Positions 48,182 through 59,523 of a stretch of 64,000 bases of DNA are shown one piece after another. Numbering within the stretch: the first letter of the stretch is position 1; every line of letters begins with the position of its first letter. The stretch is from Zancudomyces culisetae HAW-14-8. Taxonomy: Eukaryota > Fungi > Kickxellomycota. The notes under the pieces were generated by a model. The model saw nothing but the letters and a program-made list of their open reading frames with translations. It made no database searches and was not told the origin of the DNA. A program made the position numbers and the translations under genes. The stretch spans positions 2,976,001 to 3,040,000 of the forward strand of contig JBNJNM010000011.1 of NCBI GenBank assembly GCA_052426225.1, read 5' to 3'.

Positions 48182-48556
48182 TCTTTATTATTATCTTTTG
48201 TTAATTGAGAATTCTTTACAAGAAATCCTAACCAAAATGAAATTTTTTTAGGTGCTTTTGTTTTGTGCTAAAAAGAAATACAGGAATATATACTTTACCC
48301 AATATATTTTGAAACTAAGCATACTTGATTGTTGATAATACTAGTTGATACAAAACCCAATAACCATTTGAAAGCGTGAGGGAGAAGGGGGATATTAGTC
48401 GAGTTCAAGGCACGCCAATTAAATTTAATGTTACTTAATACACTGAAAATTACACAATTGACCCTCTTTCTTTAGGGGGAAGAAGAGGATGAGGTATGAG
48501 AAAGGGAAAGATCAATTTTTTTTAGTATCAAGAGATATTTCAAAAAAGTTACTGGG

Positions 48557-49719
48557 CTATGAGACTGCTTCGTAGCTAGTAACATTGTTAATAAGCATCA
48601 ATACCGCAATTCCACACTAAAAACACAAAAGATTCGTTCATACCGAGAGCGTTAATGAGTTTTTTCTTTATTTATTTCGCTCGGCCTGGCCCCCAAAGCC
48701 CACTACCCCCGTATACATCATCTTTGCCACTAGCATACGTTTTGTCAAACTGGTGAGCTCACTGGGCCCCACACTGGCCCTTAAAATACAATCCCTATTT
48801 AACAGCTGGTGAACGCAAACCAAACATCTAAAAACAATACTCGATAAATCAAAAACGTCCAACTCTACGGTGGCAGTATTTTTTGGAATTAAATAAAACA
48901 TTGGAGGGTCTATAATTACAATAAATTTTAAGACAGGATCGTCTTCCTTAGTACAAAAATACTGAAAAATAACAAAGGATGTGGAAAAAAAAAGGATTCA
49001 GTGGTTAACCGTTAAACGATCAGACTCATCTATCAGGTTTTTCAAAAATGATAGTCTGGACTCAAGAGCAAGAGGATCAACACAACTGTTGCGATTGCAG
49101 GCAGGGCTTGCCAAATTTTCATATTTTAATGCTCTTAACTCGGACCTTTGCGTGTTTCTAAAGTTTATATAATTTGGTGTATTTTAGTTTATACTTGGCA
49201 GGTGATAGGAAACATTGGGAAAAGAAATAAAACGTAGTAGCAATAACTTGCGAGTTACCTGTGCGCACCCGTGTTTGAAATAGAATACAGTGCAGATGGT
49301 TCCAGGTTGTCTGTTTTCTCACGGATGCCATTTACATACTCGTAAGCTCCTCGCTTATTTGTCACAAAATCCTGACCTTCATTGTTGTTATACATTTCTA
49401 CACACTCCACCATATCTACAAGATACCTTTCTTTTTGCTTAAGGTTTCCTAAAGTGAAAATAGTTAATTATCTGTTATAATCCCACTCCACCATAAACAC
49501 AAAGATATGCTAAAATAGCAATATTTTTCGTTTTCATTGTTACTTACCTTTACTTCTAAAAAAAGAACTTTTCTCTCTATCGAGATCTACGGAATACATA
49601 TCACTTTCATCGTTTATACGACTTCCAGCAGGAAAGGTTGAGATTACATTAAATCCATTGTCTGAGCAGGGATCTCTCAGATACATGTCCCAATAATCAG
49701 CTTCAGTCTCTTCAAACAT
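48557..49719 (-). CDS. Hypothetical multi-exon protein (about 5 exons; start uncertain)
   Basis: Open exons joined in frame by GT..AG introns: MFEETEADYWD.. / GNLKQKERYLVD.. / NTQRSELRALKY.. / EDDPVLKFIVIIDPP.. / CGIAVLMLINN. No family recognised. Confidence 0.5.
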
Positions 49720-50469
49720 GCTGGCTTTGGTTCTTTTTTTCGTGTACCCGAGTTAATTGTATTAGAGAACTTGTCTTCTTAGTAAGAAAAAAATTTTTAA
49801 CTGTCTAAATATCACAGAAATAACAAATATTTAAATAAACACCAGCTGTTCTTGATAAGTAGTAAAACTCTCAGTGTTTGTGCGTTTAGTATCTGTGTGT
49901 TTGTACCCTTTTATATTTTGTTTTTTTTAATTCCTCAAAAGCCTCTTTACTTTTGGAGTATTTCGTCTAGGTAGTTAATAATTGTTTGCGTATTTATACG
50001 TTTAAATATATATCGTCGTACAGTATTACCATCTCCAAACTAAAAATTTGAAGCTATAGCCAGGTAAAACGTGGTCATTTATACCATTTTATTTTCAAGT
50101 GGTCATGCATCAAACAACCTTCCACATATTTTAGTGCAGTTTTTTCCGCCTTTTCAGCTTTGGCCTTTTTTCCCGGATTTTTATTTATAAGTCAACAAAA
50201 TTTCCTGATTCGTTCGTTTAGGCGTGTGCTCCAAAAATATCAAGCATAATTGAAAAAATTGGAAATTGTGTATGAATTGCCCCTAGATGATATAGAAAAA
50301 GGTGAGGAGAAAATACTGTTGAACTATTGGCTAAGCTCATGTTTGCACGGATTCGCTATAACCTGATGTGTTCTTGTTTTGCCGTTTTGTTTGCAATTTT
50401 TCGCAACCTTCTTATCTAACCAATGTTATAATAAAACGGCTGTTTACCAATAGCTGTTTCAAAATAACC

Positions 50470-51260
50470 AGTTCAACAGGAGGGCTAAGGGCTCCAATCG
50501 CATTTATGTTTTAAATTAACGTGATTTAAACGCACTTGCAAACGCATTATTTTTCAACTTGGTCATTGCTTGTATTCAACCACTCAATGAAAAGCGCTTT
50601 TTCTGGAGTACTAAAAATCTTAGTTGCTGAGCATATAACTTCCTAATAATAGAAAAGTCTACAAAAGCTCCAGAAATCTTTGAAACGCCAAAAGGTGAAA
50701 GTGGAAGAGCTAGAAGGGTTATTAACAAGAAAAAAAAAGTAAATAGTACGTAGCACCATTCTCTATTCAGAATTCCTGTAGTGGTATCTTTTCCAATAGA
50801 TATACGCTTTATTCCCTATAAGTATGCACACAAAAGTAAATACATGTCTGTGTAAATTTTGTTGATTGTAAGCATTGAGGGGAAGATAAAAGAAGACTCA
50901 AATCCCCCCTAGCATGACTGAACCTCCAAAGTAGCCAGCATACACTGCACAACATCTACAACGCTTTTGCTAACAGACTTTGAAAAAAGGCATACGAACT
51001 GGTAAGTCAAGGTCATGGAAAGTGTGGTTCAGGGATATTTCTCAAAACATCAACCGAAGCTCTGCCAATTATCTGTATCGAACTAGACTCAACATCACAT
51101 GATTTTTTGGAATTTCAGTATTTAGTGAACTTGAAAAAAAAAAACACAACAAGAGCCTGTTTTTCTAGTTGTATATACATTGTGAATCCAACATTGATTC
51201 CCAATGCGTAGAAAAACGTTGGGAGTTTTACATAATCATGAAGGCTGCCAAGTTCTGTTT
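50470..51260 (+). mobile_element. Non-LTR retrotransposon RT relic A
   Basis: RAKGSNRIY (KAPGPDGI-like), ARRVINKK, PFSIQNS (RPISL.N), RFIP, TLLLTDFEK/AYELVS (LDFEKAYDxV). Confidence 0.45.
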
Positions 51261-51264
51261 AGCT

Positions 51265-51870
51265 AGTAATACGTGGCAGTGAAAATGCACCTAGAAGGTT
51301 GGATGGGATTTCAACCACTGGTGCATCATAAGCTTACATTTGTCATTTTACATCACTATATTTCAAGAGCAAACAATTCACAATGTCCTTCATTCGTATA
51401 TTTTTCTTGCAGACTGTAGGTTTAAGTGTTTTATACCTTATTTACGAGTGCAGAAACAAGCACGTGATGTACAAAAAAGCTAAACATTAAAAATAATAAA
51501 TAACAAAACCTTGGTATATTTTTTTAGCGTAGGGCGATGTTGACACCACTACAACAAGATTAAAAAAAAAGTTAGTCTAGATCCATCCATGTGATGAAGA
51601 ATTAAATACTGTAAACAGCCAGTACCCTCGTCCTTTTTCTTATTTAATGTACATTTGGTGATACGATGACTCGAAAAGTAGTATATACTGCAATTCTTTA
51701 ACAAAAATATGGAAGTGCACCTAGTTTCAAAATGTGCAACAGTTCATACTCTTTAATGGGGTGAGAGGAGATTTCGGATTAAATAATAGTAATGATAATA
51801 TCAGACCTTTTGTAAAAATGAAATATTGAGAATCCATAAGATTATCGCATATCTGAGTATGACCAAAGTT
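51265..51870 (+). mobile_element. Non-LTR retrotransposon RT relic B
   Basis: AP..DGI.NHW, D-YKKA, LGIF..(Q)GD.LTPL, HL..DD.K, ME..SKCATVH, Y.YL(G) in canonical order. Confidence 0.5.
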
Positions 51871-53095
51871 TGGATATTTTTCGATTTTTTGATAAAACAA
51901 AGATATATAAAAAAGTGAATTGGAACTAGAAATGCTAGATAATTGATATTGGTAGCAATAAAAATTTCTTGCTTACTGTGGTGAAAATGTGATGGAGTAG
52001 CTCAGCTATTCATAAACTATGGGTTTATCCATAAATATGCGACTTGTTTTTCTTATCAAAAAGTTCGCAGATATCTACTGATAACGGCTTGAAAAGTAGG
52101 ATGTAGGTGTGTGACTTGATACTAACGGCCCTATTCTACGCAAAAATATGAGGGTCTACCCCTACATATATCTATTGCTACTATATACGATTATGTGTAC
52201 TTTATATATAGATGCAAGTATATTCATTTTGACAACTATTCTGTCAATCTGTATTTACAAAGCACACATAAAGTTGCATCATTGTTTAATATAATTGAAT
52301 GCTACCATTTCAGTCGAGTGCATAAATAGCATAGCTATCGTTTACACATGTGCTATAGGCTAGTTATTAATCGAAACCGAAATACACCTTGTACATCCCA
52401 TAAGCAACGAAATATTGACCAATATACAAAACCAGTAGTATTGAGTGAAAAAAAAAGTTCAAGGTATCTGTCAGTTGGTGGAGATAAAATCACACATAAA
52501 TTTGTACCTGCTGAGAGGTTTCAACGACCAACACTTCTAGCTGCTCAAACAGGTGGATGAGTGGGGAGGGGAAAGTATGAGGGCCAAAAATGGCGGTTTT
52601 GCATATTTGTTAATTTTGACCCACCACTAATAGGTGGGGGAGATTATTTTATTTGAGAAAAAACCGTGGATTAAAAAATACACTACTTGAAAATAATTGG
52701 CTCAAGTAGTTCAGCTGGTCACATTACACACATGGTAATTGGCATTTTAGGTATATTAAATGTGACAAGGCACAAAAATGCGTTGCGAATCTAAGAATAA
52801 GGGAAACTTACTTGTATTTGGTGATAAATGTTGTAAATTAATGAGGGAACTTAAAGTATCATACAAGAATATACACCAGCAGGACAGATACTTGTGACAC
52901 AGCAGTAACTCTGTAGTGATATTTTTTAAAAAAGGCAATTCAGCAAAAACTCGAAAGAGAAGGAGTAGACAAATACAACCGTAAATATTTTAGGATAAAT
53001 GTAATTTGACAGATTACCCCTGTCTATACTTAAGAACGAGCGAAGGTACACATATTAGAGACTGAAATACGTAAAATAAAAAAGTGTATAATACA

Positions 53096-56000
53096 ATGTG
53101 GCCAAGCGGATGGAATTTGAATCTATTCCCCGACAGGGGGTCCCTACAAAAAAGACTGATGAAGTACATATTGCAAAGGTTTATAGGGAGTTTTATTAAG
53201 GATGAATTGGATTGGAATAGAGACTTAGAAGTTCAACTAAGCGAGGGTGTATGTGAGCTTCGAAATTTGAAGATTAATGAGGAAATTCTCGAAAAGGTTA
53301 CAGAAAATACCCCATTTGTTGTGGAAAGCGGTAGTTTGGGTAAAGTGAAAGTGGAGATAGCGTGGAGTAAGCTGTTGACAGGTGGATGTATGTTAGAAAT
53401 AGATGGAATAGATATAGAGTTAAGGCTAGAACAATCAAAAATGGGCTGTTCAGAAGACGAGGAGGATATGGTAGAATCCTGGTATTCAGAGGCGGGGAGC
53501 ATTGTATTAAAAAATAGCTCAGCCAACATAGCTGATGCCTTTCTCAGACAAGAGACACGCTCAGGGCAAAAAAATAGCGATAAAATAGCTGAGAGAAGAT
53601 ACGTAGACGGCAATGGTGTTGAGTTTGTTAGTGATTTGGTAGATAGGATAATATTCGGAACCCAAGTAAAAATAAGCAATGTTAGGATTTCCATAAATTA
53701 TGGTGATAAGGAGGAGAGCAAAGCTGTTGTGGTCGAGATAAAGTCTATAGAGCTTAAAGAGGGCAAGACAGGAACCGAAAGTGGTGAAACTAGTGGTGGT
53801 GAAGAGGAGGTACGAGGAGGGAGCTGTAGATATGTAAAAATTGAAGAGATAAATAAAATTTTAATAATGAAAGGGTTGAGGTTGCAGCTGAAAAATGGAA
53901 GAAAGGTGAACACACTAGTTACAGTGATAGAGAAGCAGCCAGTTGTTCGAATCAAATTAAGGAGGCAATTGCCATATGCGCACATAGAACGTCTAAGCGG
54001 AACAGGTAGGGATGAAAGTGGAGAAGTGGTTGTGGCAATGCCTGGAGAATTTCGAGAATTTCCCATAAAAACAAAAAAACCTGCTACAGAAGGGCAGAGA
54101 GGCGATGATGGTGGGGGGCTGAAGATACTTGGATGGGCGATAGAAATTGAGTTGGGGGTTATAGGAGTGGTTATAACACCAGACGACCTTGTGGATATTC
54201 TTGAGCTGATAGGAAAAAACAAAGAAAAGAAAGAAACAAAGAAAAACAAGAAGGATGAGTTTGACGAGGAACATGGTATGCAGCAACTATATGAGTCTGG
54301 TAACCAGATAGACGGGGCAGTATCGTTAAATATACACAAAATACTGGTGTGTATAATAGCACCTGGAGCAAAGAAGAAGCAATGGATGAACGAGCTGAAT
54401 AGAGTAAACGCATGGGACACAAGTCGTAACTATAGAGAGATAAAAGATAGGTTGGAAATGCACAAGTATATACGGATGGAGGCGAGCGAAATAAGCGGAA
54501 ATCTTTTTGGAGAAGTCAGTGTGCAACAGTTGCAGATAGTTGAACATGACATAGCCCAGAAAGATGAAGAAGAAGTAGAGCTGGTAAAGTGGGATTGGGG
54601 CCTTTCGTCTTTGCAAAAAGATACGGAGAGCGATAAACCCCATATTTTGGGGAAAATTAGCAGTGGAAAGATAAATATGAGTCCAGTGCAAGTAAAAATG
54701 AACATGAAACTTGCAGAAAGATTGAAGTCTTACGGAAGACTGTTTGAGGGGCTTAGAGGAGATGAAGGTAGTGAGGTTCAGGAAAATAATGCCCAGGAAA
54801 CAATAGAGGAGGGTGGCTTTTCAATGGTTGTTGAAACCCCGCTTTTGAGAGCATGGGTTACGTTACCAACAGTGGAAGAAATGGAGCATCAGGTATTTGA
54901 AGAGTGGTTTAAAATGGGAACAAGTATTGGTGGAGGTAGCAGTAAATATCAACATGTGATAGTTGACTTGGAAAACGTAGAGATAGGACGCAAGTTGGGT
55001 AAAAGCAGTGGGATTAGGGTACTGGGGGGTATGATAAAGGTTAAGCTTCGTGTCGAGAGTATTCGTAAAGCAGATCACCAGGGAATTCCAGATTCAAATT
55101 GGAGGATTAAAGAGGTGGATGTGGCAGAAATTAGGAATAGAGAGCAGCGTATGTATTTGGATATAATTACAAGTAAAGGGCATGCTTTAACACACAAGAT
55201 AAAAATGCTTCAACGAAAGCCAAGTAATATAAATGAGGAGGATGAAGATGATGGTATCCTGCGGAGGGAAACAATCGGTCGAAAGACATTTGAGGCGGAA
55301 ATAGAAACAACTAGAGAGTTTCAGCGTAGTTGTCAAAAGGCAGCCCAGTTAAAACTTGAGTGTTTCCTGCCTTTACTAGCTGTGGAGTTGAATGAAGAGA
55401 AGAACAAAGTGGTAAAGGATGTAATGGACGTAGTAAATTTGTACATGAATAAGCTAAATATGGAACAAGCTCAGCAACAACAAAAACAAAAACAACAACA
55501 ACAGCAGCAACAGCAGCAACAGCAGCAGCAAAAAGGGGAGAGTGGTAATAAGCAGACATTATGTTATATGGAAGTGGCGATTCCTGAGATTCAAGTAAAA
55601 GCAAATGCGGATGTTAATATAAAGCTAGTGGATACTTTAGGATTTGGAGTGCTTGGTGTGGAAGAAAAAACATATTTTCATTTAGATAGCAAGACAATAT
55701 CAGTGGGTTTTGGAGAAGACGGACATATAAAATTGATTGAAAGTACATTTGAAGAGGGTAGCAAGAGTGAGCGACCCCAATTGAGCATGGATTATTTGGT
55801 GACACCTCAACTAAGCATGGAGAATGAATTAATGGTAAAAGTGGATTGGACTAGTATAAAAATTGATGAGGATTCTAGGCAAATGATCGAACTGATGAAG
55901 GATAATTACATAGAAGCCTCGAAGAATGGCGGTGGTGATGATCCAAAGGGCGAAGACGCCAATAGAAGCAATTATACCAATGGTGGTAATAGCAACAATG

Positions 56001-58672
56001 TTAGTCCGTTGGTGGCGGAGGTGAATGTTCGAAATTTGTCAGTGATTGTGGATAACAAGGTGGTGGGAGTTGATGGGATAACATTGAATGTGAGTAATAA
56101 GCAGTACAGTGCAAGTGTGAGTGGTGTTTGTTTGCTGTTAATGTCTGAATTATCGGGAAAAATGCGTGTAGGTGAAGAAGTGGATGATAATGATAATGAT
56201 AATGATGGAAATGGTAATGATGGTGGTAGTGGTAGTGGTAGTGGTAGTAAGCAAGTGATATACAATAATCCTGAAAAATATTGGAAAACAAAGATGGGGT
56301 GTGATTTTGTAGGAAGAATAGTTTTAACAGATTTGCAATTTGCCAATGATAAGGTACTTAAGCAATCATGTTTTCTGATTGGTGTAGAAATAACAAGCAT
56401 CAAAGTGGAGCTTGGAATGCATACTCTAGAAAAAATGCTAAATAGCGGACAGAATGGTTCGTTCGGTAAAAATGTGTCGAAGGATAATAACAGGGATTCT
56501 GGTGCGAGTGGACGCCCCAAAACGAGAGAAGCACAAACTGATAAAGATAACAAAGAAAGTGAGGATATAAAGGAAAGCATTAGCCAAGCGATTAGTATAG
56601 GTATGATAACCAACACAGACTTAAATGTCAAAAAAAGGGCTAAGAATAAAGAGGAGTTTGAAGACATTGAGATTGACGATGACCAGGTATACATAACTGC
56701 CATGAAGGATGTTTCGACCAATAATGATGATAGTAACAATAGTTACCCAATGAAAAATTTTATTTTGGAGGACTTTGATTTTAGTTTTGATGATGAAGAG
56801 GATGAGTATAGCGACCAAGATGAAGACAGTCTTAAAACTGATCATAGCAAACATGCCATGAGCAGAAGCAGCATTGAGAGTAATTACGATGATGAGCTAG
56901 AACAGGATATAGAGAGGGATTACTCAATTTCAAGGTTTCCAACAAGTTTTAATGGTAGAAAGGGTAGGGTATCGCGAAGACACAATCACACGGCCAGTGA
57001 AATAACTATTAAAAAAAATGAAAATGCACACGAATTTGAGTTTATAGAGGATTATTTCGATACAAAGTCTGAGCATGTAAACATGGAGAACACACGAAAA
57101 CAAAATATTATCAAAGTGACAAAAGCGCTGGGGGATGATAAAATGGTGATAGACAAGCTGATAGAGTTGAAAATTAATATTGAAAACATTCAAGTTAGTA
57201 TAATGGATGAGGTCACCAAAGGCAGAATAGATTTGCAGATCAAAAAATTAAGAACGGAGATCAACCAGTACTCAGACCAATCGGCGTTTAGTTTTGATGT
57301 CTCGGCACAAATCAACCAATTTGAGATTATGGATTTGATGCCAACGTCCACCTGGAACAAGTTTATGACCAAACAGCATATATCAAGACACAACAGAAAA
57401 AAAGCACATCCTCTGCTTTTGTTGCAAAACAAAAAAGTGACGATACTGGAGTATCCAGAGTGGTTTACTGATAGTAGGTATATTGATCCACTAGTAGCGG
57501 ACATGGTGAAGTTTCGAGTTGAGGCCATCAATGGTAGAGATGGGCTGGAGTATCGGGTGGATTTATGCATTGTTCCGATTCGGTTGTTTGTAGATCAAGA
57601 TGCGCTTATGTTTTTGAATAGGTTTATAGCGGATAATGTACAGGCTCTTTCGTCAGCACAAAATGAAGACAGCGGAAATCAACTGAAAACAAAAAAAGAT
57701 GACAGAAAACGGCATAAGCAGGAAATATATTTTCAGGCATTTAGTACATCTGTGATTGACATTATTGTCGATTACAAGCACAAATCGCTTAAAACAAACA
57801 CGGTGTTGGATGTATTCAACTTGGCATCGCTAGAGGAGGCATATATTCAGCTATTACCAGTGAATTTACGAGGAGTAGATGGCGTTGGGAAACTGGTAGA
57901 GAAAATGACCGACACTTGGCTACCGCATATTCAATCGTCGTCACAAATATCCAACATTGTAGGCAGTCTGGTGCTGTTGAAGCCAATTTCTAATGTGGGC
58001 GGTGCAACAGTGGACCTTGTGTTGCTACCAATTAAGGCATATAAAACTAATGGAAAATGGTACCGAGCTGTTCAAAGCGCCACAAAACAGTTTGTGAAAG
58101 TAGGAATAAAGGAAACGGTTGGCATGGGAACCAAGTTGTCCTTTGTAAGCGTTGGGTTATTGGAACAGGCGTGCGAGCTTTTCAACGTTCCATCTCCGCC
58201 TTCGCAAAACCAACAGCGGTTGTCATCGTTATCACCACCAACATCGCAGCACTCAACTAGTACCAATACGAATACACCATCTTACTTGACCTCTGGTGCT
58301 GGTAAGAGCAAGAGTAGGAGCAAACACTACTCTAATCAACCCAAAACTGCAGGAGAAGGGATAAAACTGGGATACAAAGAACTGGCCAAAAATCTCAGTG
58401 AATTAAACTCCACTTTGAAGGTAACCATGGGTGGAGCTGGTGCAAATAAGAGCAGAGGTGGTAATAGGAGTAACACTGGGGTTGGAGGTAGTGGAAATGA
58501 TCATAGGTACAGCAATAGTAGCGCCAGCGGAGGAGTGGTCAAGTCAGTACCAGCAGCAGTTCTAAAACCAATGATAGGTGCTTCTGAGGCTGTTGGAAAG
58601 GCATTGTTAGGGCTAAGGAACAGCCTTGACGAGAGTGTCAAGAAGAGCGAGCTAGATGACAAGTTTAAATAA
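53096..58672 (+). CDS. ATG2: Autophagy lipid-transfer protein Atg2
   Basis: Chorein-N-like N-terminus (LQKRLMKYILQRFIG), PIRLFVDQDALMFL, VDYK, ATG_C tail (VPAAVLKPMIGASEAVGKALLGLRNSLD..DDKFK). First ATG at 53096. Confidence 0.93.
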   Translation: MWPSGWNLNLFPDRGSLQKRLMKYILQRFIGSFIKDELDWNRDLEVQLSEGVCELRNLKINEEILEKVTENTPFVVESGSLGKVKVEIAWSKLLTGGCMLEIDGIDIELRLEQSKMGCSEDEEDMVESWYSEAGSIVLKNSSANIADAFLRQETRSGQKNSDKIAERRYVDGNGVEFVSDLVDRIIFGTQVKISNVRISINYGDKEESKAVVVEIKSIELKEGKTGTESGETSGGEEEVRGGSCRYVKIEEINKILIMKGLRLQLKNGRKVNTLVTVIEKQPVVRIKLRRQLPYAHIERLSGTGRDESGEVVVAMPGEFREFPIKTKKPATEGQRGDDGGGLKILGWAIEIELGVIGVVITPDDLVDILELIGKNKEKKETKKNKKDEFDEEHGMQQLYESGNQIDGAVSLNIHKILVCIIAPGAKKKQWMNELNRVNAWDTSRNYREIKDRLEMHKYIRMEASEISGNLFGEVSVQQLQIVEHDIAQKDEEEVELVKWDWGLSSLQKDTESDKPHILGKISSGKINMSPVQVKMNMKLAERLKSYGRLFEGLRGDEGSEVQENNAQETIEEGGFSMVVETPLLRAWVTLPTVEEMEHQVFEEWFKMGTSIGGGSSKYQHVIVDLENVEIGRKLGKSSGIRVLGGMIKVKLRVESIRKADHQGIPDSNWRIKEVDVAEIRNREQRMYLDIITSKGHALTHKIKMLQRKPSNINEEDEDDGILRRETIGRKTFEAEIETTREFQRSCQKAAQLKLECFLPLLAVELNEEKNKVVKDVMDVVNLYMNKLNMEQAQQQQKQKQQQQQQQQQQQQQKGESGNKQTLCYMEVAIPEIQVKANADVNIKLVDTLGFGVLGVEEKTYFHLDSKTISVGFGEDGHIKLIESTFEEGSKSERPQLSMDYLVTPQLSMENELMVKVDWTSIKIDEDSRQMIELMKDNYIEASKNGGGDDPKGEDANRSNYTNGGNSNNVSPLVAEVNVRNLSVIVDNKVVGVDGITLNVSNKQYSASVSGVCLLLMSELSGKMRVGEEVDDNDNDNDGNGNDGGSGSGSGSKQVIYNNPEKYWKTKMGCDFVGRIVLTDLQFANDKVLKQSCFLIGVEITSIKVELGMHTLEKMLNSGQNGSFGKNVSKDNNRDSGASGRPKTREAQTDKDNKESEDIKESISQAISIGMITNTDLNVKKRAKNKEEFEDIEIDDDQVYITAMKDVSTNNDDSNNSYPMKNFILEDFDFSFDDEEDEYSDQDEDSLKTDHSKHAMSRSSIESNYDDELEQDIERDYSISRFPTSFNGRKGRVSRRHNHTASEITIKKNENAHEFEFIEDYFDTKSEHVNMENTRKQNIIKVTKALGDDKMVIDKLIELKINIENIQVSIMDEVTKGRIDLQIKKLRTEINQYSDQSAFSFDVSAQINQFEIMDLMPTSTWNKFMTKQHISRHNRKKAHPLLLLQNKKVTILEYPEWFTDSRYIDPLVADMVKFRVEAINGRDGLEYRVDLCIVPIRLFVDQDALMFLNRFIADNVQALSSAQNEDSGNQLKTKKDDRKRHKQEIYFQAFSTSVIDIIVDYKHKSLKTNTVLDVFNLASLEEAYIQLLPVNLRGVDGVGKLVEKMTDTWLPHIQSSSQISNIVGSLVLLKPISNVGGATVDLVLLPIKAYKTNGKWYRAVQSATKQFVKVGIKETVGMGTKLSFVSVGLLEQACELFNVPSPPSQNQQRLSSLSPPTSQHSTSTNTNTPSYLTSGAGKSKSRSKHYSNQPKTAGEGIKLGYKELAKNLSELNSTLKVTMGGAGANKSRGGNRSNTGVGGSGNDHRYSNSSASGGVVKSVPAAVLKPMIGASEAVGKALLGLRNSLDESVKKSELDDKFK

Positions 58673-59523
58673 AATAGCCAATGGCTTTCTCACTCTTTTT
58701 TTCCTCGTCAAATGTATATATTTTACATGTAAATTGGTATTACTATTAAAAGTCTTGTGCCTTTATTTAGCGATTAGGTTTGTGAAGAGGAAGGTCTGCT
58801 ATCACTGGGACTAGTATTTTCTAGATTGTTATTACTATTTGCAGATATTTGCACAAATACACTTTATTTTTAGATTGATACAGGACCAGGGCTAGGACCA
58901 GGACCAAAATCAGAATGAAAATTAGTAGCTTAAAGTTTAAAAGCAAGGGAATCTGAGCAGAGTTTCCCGTAACGAAGGAAGGGAGGGAGTGTGAAGTTTG
59001 CGATGAACGCGAGTGGGCTTACTTGTGAGTGTACCCCATACATCTATTTTTTTTAGCTGACCCTGTCCCCATCCCTGTCCCCGTCCCCGTCCCTGTCATT
59101 CGTTTTGTTTTTTCAATTTACAAAATTAAAAAAAAATTTTTTTACCCTCTCAAAAGGATGTGGTGCACCATGATTAATATTCCGCAAAAAAAAATTGACG
59201 ATTTGTAAAAAAAAATGAAAACAGATATTAAAGTTTTCCAACAGAAACCAAGCAGCAAAAAAAAAAAGGTGATTCTATCTTTAAGTGTGTCTCAAATCAA
59301 ACTACAAAGTTGATTATTTTTTTCTTGACAAATATCCAAAAATTAATGATATTCCAGAAAGAGTTAGACAAGCGAAATCAGTGCTTGATACACATTTGAT
59401 TTTGAATACCATTCTTTCCAAATTCAAAAGATAGTTCTACATATATTAGTGTTAATTCAATCATTTAATAGAAATTACAGTTCCAAAAACAAATCAAAAG
59501 CCAAGATAAAAAAATAAGAGAAA

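Noticed and set aside
51590-51700. GTGATGA as box C of a snoRNA
   Set aside because: No box D (CTGA) or terminal stem at a suitable distance.
58780-59055. GGAAGGTCTG and GGGCTTAC motifs resembling RNase P/MRP RNA conserved regions
   Set aside because: No complementary P4 partner at a plausible distance, and the two motifs belong to different RNA classes.
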